DNA of 64,000 nt from NCBI GenBank assembly GCA_963204795.1, contig CAUJHX010000182.1:56903-120902 (forward strand). The letters are read 5' to 3'. Positions 48,085 through 55,987 of the stretch are shown piece by piece; position 1 is the first letter of the stretch, and every line of letters begins with the position of its first letter. The notes beneath the pieces were generated by a model. That model was not told the DNA's origin. It saw nothing but the letters and a program-made list of their open reading frames with translations, and ran no database searches. The DNA is from Pseudomonadota bacterium (lineage in GTDB: Bacteria > Pseudomonadota > Gammaproteobacteria > Steroidobacterales > Steroidobacteraceae). A program made the position numbers and the translations under genes.

Positions 48085-48509
48085 TGGGCAACGCCAACGA
48101 AATCCCCCTCGCAGGAGTGAGCTTCGCACCGAACACGCGTTCCTTCTCCATCCAGTCGTCTCTGGCGTCCGACATGCAGGCGCGCGCACAGGCGATCCTG
48201 ACGGCGGAGATCGCAGCCGGACGAAATCTGGTCGACGCAGCGCTGTCAGGCGCTGGCGACGGCCACTCGTTCATGCTGACCTTGTTCACGAGTTCGACGC
48301 GCACCGTCTACCCGAACGTGGACGGGGTTCTCTGCTACGTCGCCCCGAACGGCGATGCTCTCAGCGCCGTCGCACAGGCAGCTCTGGATTCGCTCACCGA
48401 CGGTGGCGGCAACAGCCGCTCAGTGGTCGGCCTGGCCGAGGCCGGGTCGTGTGATGGTCACCGCTGGATGGGAGTCATCTTCCATTCAGCAGTCTACACC
48501 CCGCCATGA
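48084..48509 (+). CDS. MGN-family protein, paralog 3 (141 aa)
   Basis: TGATG overlap. Starts MGNANEIPL. Contains QSSLASDMQ, GAGDGHSF and DGHRWMGVI. Confidence 0.7.
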   Translation: MGNANEIPLAGVSFAPNTRSFSIQSSLASDMQARAQAILTAEIAAGRNLVDAALSGAGDGHSFMLTLFTSSTRTVYPNVDGVLCYVAPNGDALSAVAQAALDSLTDGGGNSRSVVGLAEAGSCDGHRWMGVIFHSAVYTPP

Positions 48510-48724
48510 CGGACCTCGGAAGGCTCTACACCATCAAGACGAACGTCCCTCTCCTGCAGACGTTCGAGGCGGACATCCCTGTCGACCAGATGACGGCTGA
48601 CGCCATCGAGGCGGTGAAAGCGGACGCCAAGAAGGTGTTGCCGTGGGTGGTCGCCGGGGGCGCGGTGGTCGTGAGCTTGAGCGTGATCGCTGCGGCGGCG
48701 CTGTTCGTGCGAAAGAAGTGGTGA
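48506..48724 (+). CDS. tail-anchored membrane protein (72 aa)
   Basis: ATGA overlap. C-terminus LPWVVAGGAVVVSLSVIAAAALFVRKKW. Confidence 0.6.
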   Translation: MTDLGRLYTIKTNVPLLQTFEADIPVDQMTADAIEAVKADAKKVLPWVVAGGAVVVSLSVIAAAALFVRKKW

Positions 48725-48771
48725 CGCTCGCGGTGGCGGGATAGTCTTTGACGGAAAGGTTGATCGAAAAG

Positions 48772-49752
48772 ATGGCGTACTACAGCGGTTCTGGGGCGAC
48801 GATTCGGTCGGGCGCGGCTGGCCTTGGCGAGTACTTCGACGCGGCCCAGGGCGCCCGTCCTCCGGCGCCGGTTCAGGCGTTTCAGGACGGCGTCTTCAGC
48901 GGCGGCGGCGCGGACGTGTGGATGAGCGACGTCGGTGACGATCCGGGGCCGCTCCGCTCGTACCACGACGGCTCGCTCGGCGCTTGCCACGGGTGCGGCA
49001 TGGGAGCCTACGACCAGGCAGCTGCCGGGCTCGGCATGCCGCTGTGGATCGATGGCAAGCCGGTGGACCGGCCCGTCTCCATCATGCACGGGCCGGCGGT
49101 CGATCCGACGTCAGCCTTCCGTGATGGCAGCTTGGGCGAGTACTTCGGCGGAGGCGGAGTGCCGTGGGCGGGCTCGTTCCGCGATGGCAGTCTGGGCACC
49201 GTCGCTGCGCCGCCGAAGACGGTGGACCTGACCGATCCCCAGGCGCTCAAGGAGACGAAGATGGCCATTGCCATGATCGTCGCCGACATCGCCATGGGCA
49301 GCGGCTCCGCTCCGAACGTCGGGGCCAAGTACTACGACGAGGCCTTCTACGCCGACCCGATCTGGAGCGCGAAGGCGTCGGAGCTGTGGGATGCCGCGGC
49401 GAAGAAGCTCGCTGGCGTGACGAAGTCTCAGGTCGACGAGCTGTCGCAGTCCTCGAAGGGCAACACCTTCCCGACCGCGAACGGCTTGGCCGCGGTGCTC
49501 GCATACGGCGTCGGCGCGCCTGTCGGCGACCCGAAGTCCTTCGCGACGAACTTCCCCGTGCTGAGCGCCTGGTACGGCCAGGTGGCGGCGGCGAAGGGCA
49601 ACCTGACTGGGTTCAAGGTCTCCGCGCCGTTCTTCACCGTGCAGGAGAAGGTCTCGGGCAAGAGCATGTTCGCCGGCATGAGCAAGACGAGCCTCGTTCT
49701 CGGCGTCGGCGCCGTCGCGGCTCTCACCTTCTTCTTGATCCGGAAGAAGTGA
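48772..49752 (+). CDS. tail-anchored membrane protein with GLGEYF repeats (326 aa)
   Basis: I prefer ATG 48772 (MAYYSGSG); the track start is TTG 48748. Contains AGLGEYF, AAGLGMPL, GSLGEYF and GSLGTVA. C-terminus SLVLGVGAVAALTFFLIRKK. Confidence 0.65.
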   Translation: MAYYSGSGATIRSGAAGLGEYFDAAQGARPPAPVQAFQDGVFSGGGADVWMSDVGDDPGPLRSYHDGSLGACHGCGMGAYDQAAAGLGMPLWIDGKPVDRPVSIMHGPAVDPTSAFRDGSLGEYFGGGGVPWAGSFRDGSLGTVAAPPKTVDLTDPQALKETKMAIAMIVADIAMGSGSAPNVGAKYYDEAFYADPIWSAKASELWDAAAKKLAGVTKSQVDELSQSSKGNTFPTANGLAAVLAYGVGAPVGDPKSFATNFPVLSAWYGQVAAAKGNLTGFKVSAPFFTVQEKVSGKSMFAGMSKTSLVLGVGAVAALTFFLIRKK

Positions 49753-49764
49753 GATGAAGGCAGC

Positions 49765-50331
49765 ATGGGGCTGTTCGATGACCTTCTGGAAGACACCGGC
49801 GCTGCGCCCCCTTGGGGCCGCATCGCGGCGACCTTCCTGAGCGGTCTGCAGACCGCCCAAGCCGGCGGCGGCAAGGTCGTCGATCAGCTCTTGCAGTGGG
49901 GCTCATTGCTCGCCCGGAACGCTCCGGCGCGTTGGGGCGAGCAGGCGCTCAAGCCTGTCTTCTGCGCGGCGCACAAGTGCCAGGCACAGGCGCTTGTGCC
50001 TTGCGCGGCCTGCGGCAAGGCGTACTGCCTCGCGCATGTGCTGGTGAGCTACCACGCCGAGGGGATTTGCGAGCCTTGCGCGCTGGAGTTCGTGACCATG
50101 AAGCGCAAGCGGGCGACCAACGAGGATTCGGTGGCGGAGGCCTACAAGACCTTGCGCCTGCCCAAGACGTCCGATTGGGACGACGTGCGGGCCGCCTATC
50201 GCGCGCTGGCGGCCAAGCACCATCCCGACAAGCAGAAGACCGAGGCCGCTCGGGCCAAGGCCGAGAAGCGCATGAAGGAGATCAACGCCGCCTACGCGGT
50301 ACTGAAGCTCCACTTGCAGGAGGCAGCCTGA
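49765..50331 (+). CDS. J-domain (DnaJ-like) protein with central Cys-rich region
   Basis: 188 aa. C-terminal AYKTLRLPKTSDWDDVRAAYRALAAKHHPDKQ...MKEINAAYAVL (HPD motif). Central CAAHKCQAQALVPCAACGKAYCLAH...CEPC. Confidence 0.8.
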   Translation: MGLFDDLLEDTGAAPPWGRIAATFLSGLQTAQAGGGKVVDQLLQWGSLLARNAPARWGEQALKPVFCAAHKCQAQALVPCAACGKAYCLAHVLVSYHAEGICEPCALEFVTMKRKRATNEDSVAEAYKTLRLPKTSDWDDVRAAYRALAAKHHPDKQKTEAARAKAEKRMKEINAAYAVLKLHLQEAA

Positions 50332-50780
50332 TGTATCGCACCGCTCCAGCCGTTGCTCTTGGCGCCGTGAGGCCCACTTGGTGCCCCGGCACGTCCCTGG
50401 CCGCGGGCCAGCGTGACCCGTGCGAGGTCGAATACGCGTTCGATCTGCCGCTTGTCGGCAAGACGTCGTTCGGGCTGCCCATCCCGGCGATGACCAACGA
50501 CGCGATCAACACCGTGCAGGCGCGGTTGCCGCAGCTCTTGGATCAGACCCTGCCAGTCATCTACCAGAAGCTGCAGCCCTACATCGACGACATGACGGAC
50601 TTCGTGATTCCGTCCGTCGTGTCCGACCTGATGAAGAAGCAGGTCACGCCCATGGTGGACAACCAGAAGGAAGAGATCGTCGCGCAGGCGAACTTGCTGA
50701 TCCAGAAGACACTGCTCGGCGTGGCCATGATCACGGCTGCGGGCCTGGGCGCGTACTGGTATATTCGGCGGAGGGCATGA
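50331..50780 (+). CDS. tail-anchored membrane protein (149 aa)
   Basis: TGATG overlap. Starts MYRTAPAVALG. C-terminus LLGVAMITAAGLGAYWYIRRRA. Confidence 0.6.
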   Translation: MYRTAPAVALGAVRPTWCPGTSLAAGQRDPCEVEYAFDLPLVGKTSFGLPIPAMTNDAINTVQARLPQLLDQTLPVIYQKLQPYIDDMTDFVIPSVVSDLMKKQVTPMVDNQKEEIVAQANLLIQKTLLGVAMITAAGLGAYWYIRRRA

Positions 50781-51226
50781 TGGCTAGAATCTCATTTGAC
50801 ACGACCAACGGAAGCGTCGGCATCGCTAGCGATTTGTCTGCGGGGGCCAAACGGAAACTCGCGAGGTTTCTGTCAGACATGGACCCGGAAGTGCGCAGGT
50901 CGTTCACTCACGACACCGAGGTTCTGATGGATCGCATTGCTGCAGCCGTAGCGAAAAGCGAAAAGACCCTCTTGGCCCTGGACGACGCACTCGCGAATTA
51001 CTGGTTTGACACGGAATCAAAAGCAGAAGCTAACGAGCTACTCCAGGTCGTCGAGGTTGAGCGGGTGAGGGTTTTGGAGGAGGCGTTGCGGCCGTTTGCG
51101 GAGATTCGTGCGGCTGGCGCGACGGGCGGAGAGTGGATCCGCATCGACCACGCCGAACCGTACATGCGATTGACGAATTGGTGCGACGCCGCCCGCGCGG
51201 CGCTGGAAGGGATTGAGGTGGAGTGA
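50777..51226 (+). CDS. hypothetical protein (149 aa) in a low-GC patch
   Basis: ATGA overlap. Starts MMARISFDTTNGSVGIASD. GC is about 54% in the first 100 nt by hand count. Codon usage is atypical. Confidence 0.55.
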   Translation: MMARISFDTTNGSVGIASDLSAGAKRKLARFLSDMDPEVRRSFTHDTEVLMDRIAAAVAKSEKTLLALDDALANYWFDTESKAEANELLQVVEVERVRVLEEALRPFAEIRAAGATGGEWIRIDHAEPYMRLTNWCDAARAALEGIEVE

Positions 51227-51513
51227 TGCACGGTGCATGGAACGACGCATGGCTCGACCGCGTCGCGTCACTCACTGAACGGGTGCTCACGCGAACTGAG
51301 GAAGTTGACGACCTCCGCTCCCGCCTGTCGCTGTTCCGCGACTACGTGTGCGAGGGGTGCGGGTGCGCGACGAGCTACGACGTGAGCCGGGAGTACTGCC
51401 TCGACTGCTGGGAGGTCCGGCACGGCGTCACGAGCGGCGATTACCACGCCGCCGCATGCGTTTCGGTCGGCCTCCGCGCACTCTGCGGAAGACGGATTCT
51501 GGAGGGATGCTGA
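51223..51513 (+). CDS. small Cys-rich protein (96 aa)
   Basis: Contains CEGCGC...CLDC. GTGA/TGATG overlap. Confidence 0.5.
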   Translation: MMHGAWNDAWLDRVASLTERVLTRTEEVDDLRSRLSLFRDYVCEGCGCATSYDVSREYCLDCWEVRHGVTSGDYHAAACVSVGLRALCGRRILEGC

Positions 51514-51514
51514 G

Positions 51515-52600
51515 ATGAAGTACACCGTTACCGTGGGCGGCGAGAGCCACCGTTGCCAGTTGTTCGTGGGCTTCGTCGGCAAGCCCGAGGATGACGCCAC
51601 CCCCGCCGACCTAATCGCGGCGCTGAAAGCGAACGCCGCTGCGTGTGGCGAGGTCACGGCCGCGATGGGCTGGGTGACCGACCAGGCGCTAGCCGTGACC
51701 GGAGAACGCGCCGAGCAAGCGGAGCGCTCGCTAGCCACCGTGACGGCAGAGCGGGATGCGGCGAAGTACTGGCTGGCCGCACACAAGGCGGCGTCGGAAG
51801 CGCTTGTGGATCCGGTCACGGGTCATGGGTTCTTCATGCTCATCGGCAAGGGCGACGATGGTGCGGACGGGTGGTTCTACACGTTCGGCGGTCCGCTCGA
51901 CAGCTACACCCTGTGCGAACGCAGCGACGACCAAGACCCGCATTTCGTGTACTTCCAACGCGAGCGGTACGACCACGACCAGGGATGCTGGATCGACGGG
52001 TGCGAAGTCGTGGAGCCGGTTCTTGCTCCAGACGAATGCAGCGTGGCGCCGTATTGCCTAGAGGCTGTCACCGAAGAGCGCGACGCGCTGAAGCGCGAGC
52101 GGGATGAGGCGAGGGCAGAACGTGACGCGGCTGTGGCTCGCGCCACGCAAGCCGAGCGCGACCGCGACGCCTGGCGCGAGAAGTGGGAGGCGCTGGAGAC
52201 TACGCGAGCGGTGTGCTGCGCCCAGATAGAGCGGGAGCGGGATGAGGCGAGGGCGACCAACCGCGACAACCTGGCGATGTGGGAGGTCGAACGCGACGCC
52301 CTGAAGGCCAAGCTCGCGGAGGCGGAGAGGGAGAATCTGACCCTGCGCAATCGCATCGGCATCGACCGCACGTCCTGGCACGAGGCCGAAGCGGAGGTGA
52401 AAGTCCTCCGCGCCCAGCTCGCCAAGACCGCGCGTGAGCGGGATGACGCGATGACACTGGCTGAAGAACGCCGGGACTATGCCCGCGCGCAAAACGCTAA
52501 GCTGTCGGTGGAGTGCGACGACCTCCGCGCCCAGCTTACCGCGGTCGAGCGGGAGCGGGATGAGGCGCACGCCGCACTGCGGAAGAGAAGCAGGAGATGA
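51515..52600 (+). CDS. coiled-coil protein with ERD-type repeats (361 aa)
   Basis: GGAGGG RBS. Repeated (V/I)xxERDxA motifs: TAERDAAKYW, TEERDALKRERDEARAERDAAV, IERERDEARA, VERDALKAKL, ARERDDAM, VERERDEAHA. Confidence 0.65.
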   Translation: MKYTVTVGGESHRCQLFVGFVGKPEDDATPADLIAALKANAAACGEVTAAMGWVTDQALAVTGERAEQAERSLATVTAERDAAKYWLAAHKAASEALVDPVTGHGFFMLIGKGDDGADGWFYTFGGPLDSYTLCERSDDQDPHFVYFQRERYDHDQGCWIDGCEVVEPVLAPDECSVAPYCLEAVTEERDALKRERDEARAERDAAVARATQAERDRDAWREKWEALETTRAVCCAQIERERDEARATNRDNLAMWEVERDALKAKLAEAERENLTLRNRIGIDRTSWHEAEAEVKVLRAQLAKTARERDDAMTLAEERRDYARAQNAKLSVECDDLRAQLTAVERERDEAHAALRKRSRR

Positions 52601-52601
52601 C

Positions 52602-52964
52602 ATGAGCTACTACCAGATGCCCAACAACGGACTCTCGGCCGGCTACTACCAGCAGCTGCCGGTGGCCACTCCGCTCTGGCAGGAAGCGCCGGTGCCAGGC
52701 TGGGGCGTGAACCCGCTTCGCGCCGGCCCGCGGCGCGTCGGCGTCGGCGCATATGCGACGCCGGTTCCAGGTTGCGGGTCCTGCGGGTCCTACAGCGACG
52801 ACGTGCCCTTGAACAGCGCCGTGCTGCCGCGCTACGCGCCCATCGGTGCGGCGGGCTCAGAGGAGACGACCTACGGCGTGGTCGCCATGGCCGCCGCTGG
52901 CGGCATCGTGCTCGGGCTGGCCTTCGGGTGGCTCTGGTTCGCGAACAAGCCCATGAAGGCATGA
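52602..52964 (+). CDS. tail-anchored membrane protein (120 aa)
   Basis: ATG 52602 with an AGGAG RBS. Starts MSYYQMPNNG. C-terminus YGVVAMAAAGGIVLGLAFGWLWFANKPMKA. Confidence 0.65.
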   Translation: MSYYQMPNNGLSAGYYQQLPVATPLWQEAPVPGWGVNPLRAGPRRVGVGAYATPVPGCGSCGSYSDDVPLNSAVLPRYAPIGAAGSEETTYGVVAMAAAGGIVLGLAFGWLWFANKPMKA

Positions 52965-53221
52965 TGTACCGTTCCCTCGGCTCCACCTCCGTTCCTGCGC
53001 AGGCCACCTGTCCGCAGTGCTCGTACCTCTGGGAGGGCAGCTGCAAGGTCTGTGTGGACGGCGACCCGCATCCGGGCTGCGAGAGCTGCGTCGGCGGAAG
53101 GCTGCCGACGCCTCCATGGTACAAGAGCCACCTCGTGCTCCAGATCGGCAGCCTCGTGGTGGCGTCGCTGGCGGTCGCCCTGCTCGTGCCTCGCATCGAG
53201 GGAGCGCTCAGGAAGCGCTAG
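52961..53221 (+). CDS. tail-anchored Cys-rich membrane protein (86 aa)
   Basis: ATGA overlap. Starts MMYRSLGS. Contains CPQCSYLWEGSCKVCVDGDPHPGCESC. C-terminus HLVLQIGSLVVASLAVALLV. Confidence 0.6.
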   Translation: MMYRSLGSTSVPAQATCPQCSYLWEGSCKVCVDGDPHPGCESCVGGRLPTPPWYKSHLVLQIGSLVVASLAVALLVPRIEGALRKR

Positions 53222-53277
53222 TTTAGCTGCGGGCGCGGAGCTGAATTAGCGCCCTCGGTAGTTCAGTCGACTATGGC

Positions 53278-53306
53278 TTGCAGCAAGCCGAGCAAGCGGC
53301 TAGCTT
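53278..53306 (+). promoter_or_regulatory. promoter candidate, leaderless design, -10 embedded in the GCTAGC pair
   Basis: TTGCAG (53278-53283), N17, TAGCTT (53301-53306), N10, ATG 53317. The 15-bp palindrome GGCTTGCAGCAAGCC (53275-53289) overlaps the -35. Confidence 0.5.
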
Positions 53307-53313
53307 GGCTAGC
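53299..53313. repeat. tandem palindrome GCTAGC-N3-GCTAGC (site 3 of 4)
   Basis: GCTAGC at 53299-53304 and 53308-53313. ATG 53317 lies 3 nt downstream with no SD. Confidence 0.9.
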
Positions 53314-53316
53314 GCA

Positions 53317-53910
53317 ATGTCCGACGATACCAAGTACGATTTCGGTGTCCCCACCGTCATCGTGAAGGGCGGAACCACCTCGGCCTCCTACGACAAGGAG
53401 CAGGCTCGCCGTCGCGCCGACGCGGAGCAGAGACGGGGCATCCAGGACGCGCAGAGGGCCATGGGGCAGCAGGGCACAAGCCGGGATGGCGGGTTTTCAC
53501 TCGCCCGCCTCGGCAGCGCGCGCATGATCACGGAGAACTCGCCTCGGCTGGTCCTCTACTACATGAACAAGGACCACTCCGTTCGCCAGGAGTGCAAGAG
53601 CGAGATCACGTTCTACGAGCACCCGACGAAGGCGGGCGAGATGGACATGATGTTCGCCATGGTCTGCCCGCGCTGCCTGGAGCGCGGCATCGCCCAGGGC
53701 GAGAGCCAGATGCTGATCAAGGCCTCGCATCGGTCGTTCTGGATCGACGAGAGACTCAAAGGGACCGTCGTGGCGCTTCGCGATCCGTGGGGCAACCTCG
53801 ACCCGGTCATCATCTGCGGCACGGTGACTGCACAGGACACGATCAAGTGCAGCAACTACAACTGCACGTACGCGGTCCGCATCAACGACAGCAAGGTCTA
53901 CGAGGTATGA
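53317..53910 (+). CDS. hypothetical protein (197 aa)
   Basis: I prefer ATG 53317 (MSDDTKYDF) over the track TTG 53278. Contains CPRC...C...CSNYNC. Confidence 0.6.
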   Translation: MSDDTKYDFGVPTVIVKGGTTSASYDKEQARRRADAEQRRGIQDAQRAMGQQGTSRDGGFSLARLGSARMITENSPRLVLYYMNKDHSVRQECKSEITFYEHPTKAGEMDMMFAMVCPRCLERGIAQGESQMLIKASHRSFWIDERLKGTVVALRDPWGNLDPVIICGTVTAQDTIKCSNYNCTYAVRINDSKVYEV

Positions 53911-54131
53911 AGTCAGTTTCGAGCAGGCAGCAGGCTCGCTACGGGACCGTCACCGTGGCGGTGAGGCTGGGGTGCTACGAGGTTCTGGAGTACGGCCTTG
54001 GCGGGGTCGAGCAGATGGCGGTGGTGTTGCCGGTGAAGCCGGAGCGCCCTCGGAAGCTGGCCAAGGAGCTGCGCGCCATCGCGCGCCAGCTCGATGGCGG
54101 CCAGGAAGAAGAGCGCGATGACGCTGGTTGA
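53907..54131 (+). CDS. small hypothetical protein (74 aa)
   Basis: ATGA overlap. Starts MKSVSSRQQARYGTVTVAV. Confidence 0.5.
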   Translation: MKSVSSRQQARYGTVTVAVRLGCYEVLEYGLGGVEQMAVVLPVKPERPRKLAKELRAIARQLDGGQEEERDDAG

Positions 54132-55485
54132 TCAGCTCGCTTGCCATGCCGACACGGGAGGCCAGCACTCGCTGTTGGACGGCGATGGCCGAGGCACGCC
54201 GCCCACCGAGGCAGAACTCGACATCCCGTACGCGTCGCCGTCCGAGCCACCGCTTCTGGAGTGCGGCGTAGTCTACTCGGCTGACTGGAAGAAGTTCGCC
54301 GACGGGATGGCTCGCCACGCTCGCGCGCAGGCGCTCGCCCTGGCCGCGGCCGGCATTGGGGTCCGCCTGCAGTCGATCAGCAGCGAGGGCATGTTTCTGG
54401 ACAGCGACGTCCGCTCCGAGGTGCGAGACGAGGTTGCCCACCTGACGAACGTCACCATGAAGAGCGTGATGATCGCAGTGCGGCAGGCGGTGTTTCACAG
54501 CGCCGACTTCGTGCGCAACCTTGTTGTGCCTGCCGGCGGTCGCTTGGTGGACTTCGAGCTGGAGCAGCGCATCTACCAGAACACCATCATCTACACGTCG
54601 CTGGAGCGAGATCGCGTCTCGCCCGTGCTCATCGACATCTTCAAGCGCTGCGCCGAGCTATGGGTGCCGTGTCATCAGAACGCTCAGGCGCTCGTCAGCA
54701 GCGGCATGCCCGAGGACAAGGTGCACGTCATCCCGTACCCATATGACCCGGCAGGACCGGTCTGCAAGATCCCGGCGCCTCGCGGCCATGAGCGCGTCCC
54801 GGAGGGCAAGCGGTTCTACAGCATAGGCAAGTGGGAGCCTCGGAAGAACCACGCCGGCCTGCTGATGGCGTTCCTTCGGGCCTTCACGCCCAAGGACAAG
54901 GCGTCTCTCGTGCTCAAGGTGCACGGCTGGGGCGCCTGGGAGGGCTACCCGGACATCCAGCAGGCGCTCACGCTGTGCGGGGAAGACCCGGTCGTGCGCG
55001 CGAACGGCTGGACGGACATCAACCTGCGCAAGCGCGTGAAGATCATCACGGACAAGATCAGCGACGCGGAGATCGTGGCCTTGCATGCGCAGAACAACAT
55101 CTACGTGTCGGCCTCGCACGGCGAGGCGTGGGATCTACCAGCCTTCGACGCCAAGTGCGCCGGGAACCGGCTCGTGCACGTTGGATTCGGCGGAAGCGCG
55201 GACTATGCCGACGACGCCGACGTCTGGTTGGGGTACAGGCTGAAGCCCGTGAACAAGGTCTACGGCTGGGAGGAGTGCAACTGGGCCGAGTACGACATGG
55301 AAGAAATGGTTGCTTCCTTGCGCATCGCCCAGCCGCCGACGAAGCGCGTGCACCCGAAGGGCTTCAACGCGCGCTTCAGCGCACATGCGGTAGGCGAGAA
55401 GATGAAGGATCGCATCTTGCGCGTGGCTGCCAGGAGCCATGTCGAGCTGCCAGCGATGCTGGAGCGAGCTGGGTCGTTCGGATGA
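54118..55485 (+). CDS. GT-B fold glycosyltransferase (GT4-like)
   Basis: About 455 aa (alternative ATG at 54094). Contains FYSIGKWEPRKNHAGLLMAF, VSASHGEAWDLPAFDAKCAGNRLV (E-x7-E-type region), and spacing typical of retaining GT4 enzymes. Confidence 0.65.
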   Translation: MTLVDQLACHADTGGQHSLLDGDGRGTPPTEAELDIPYASPSEPPLLECGVVYSADWKKFADGMARHARAQALALAAAGIGVRLQSISSEGMFLDSDVRSEVRDEVAHLTNVTMKSVMIAVRQAVFHSADFVRNLVVPAGGRLVDFELEQRIYQNTIIYTSLERDRVSPVLIDIFKRCAELWVPCHQNAQALVSSGMPEDKVHVIPYPYDPAGPVCKIPAPRGHERVPEGKRFYSIGKWEPRKNHAGLLMAFLRAFTPKDKASLVLKVHGWGAWEGYPDIQQALTLCGEDPVVRANGWTDINLRKRVKIITDKISDAEIVALHAQNNIYVSASHGEAWDLPAFDAKCAGNRLVHVGFGGSADYADDADVWLGYRLKPVNKVYGWEECNWAEYDMEEMVASLRIAQPPTKRVHPKGFNARFSAHAVGEKMKDRILRVAARSHVELPAMLERAGSFG

Positions 55486-55796
55486 GGCTCGACGAGGTCA
55501 TCGAGGCCATTCGTCCCTTCGCGGACGAGCGTTACCCGTACGCTCTTCCCGTTATGGTCGCCACGCGCGTAATCTCGCGCATCGTGCATGAGTACGACAA
55601 CCTGCCAAAAAAACCTGAGCCCTCGTCGGCGCAGCCCGCCGTGATAACGGTTGGGATCAAGGATAGGCACGTCGTCCTCGTTTCCAGCGGCACCGCGGAG
55701 GTCGAACCCAGCTTCTTAGTGTGGACGGCTGCACAGGCTCGCGAGGTCGCCGCAAAGCTACTTGAGCTGGCACGCTCACTGGACGGCAAGGGATGA
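55482..55796 (+). CDS. hypothetical protein (104 aa)
   Basis: ATGA overlap. Confidence 0.5.
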   Translation: MRLDEVIEAIRPFADERYPYALPVMVATRVISRIVHEYDNLPKKPEPSSAQPAVITVGIKDRHVVLVSSGTAEVEPSFLVWTAAQAREVAAKLLELARSLDGKG

Positions 55797-55987
55797 GCGA
55801 CAAGGGTCTCTGTAGGTGCGGCAAGCCGGCGCCGCTGGACGTCTCGATCAGCGCAACGCCGCCGTTCGACCCGAGCCGCACACCACGCAGCGAGTTGCAT
55901 TTTTCGGCAATCGCATGCCGGGCATGCGCCTTCGAGGCAGCGAAGCTCCTGCTGTCGTTCTTGGAGTCACGGGGGAACCCGTCGTGA
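55793..55987 (+). CDS. small Cys protein (64 aa)
   Basis: ATGA overlap. Contains CRCG...CRAC. Confidence 0.45.
   Translation: MSDKGLCRCGKPAPLDVSISATPPFDPSRTPRSELHFSAIACRACAFEAAKLLLSFLESRGNPS

Noticed and set aside
47309-48509. The MGN N-termini as eukaryotic-type N-myristoylation signals, i.e. a hint of a eukaryotic virus.
   Set aside because: Only one of the three fits the position-6 Ser/Thr rule. The genome shows bacterial signals throughout (SD sequences, ATGA coupling, lipobox, sigma-70-like promoters).
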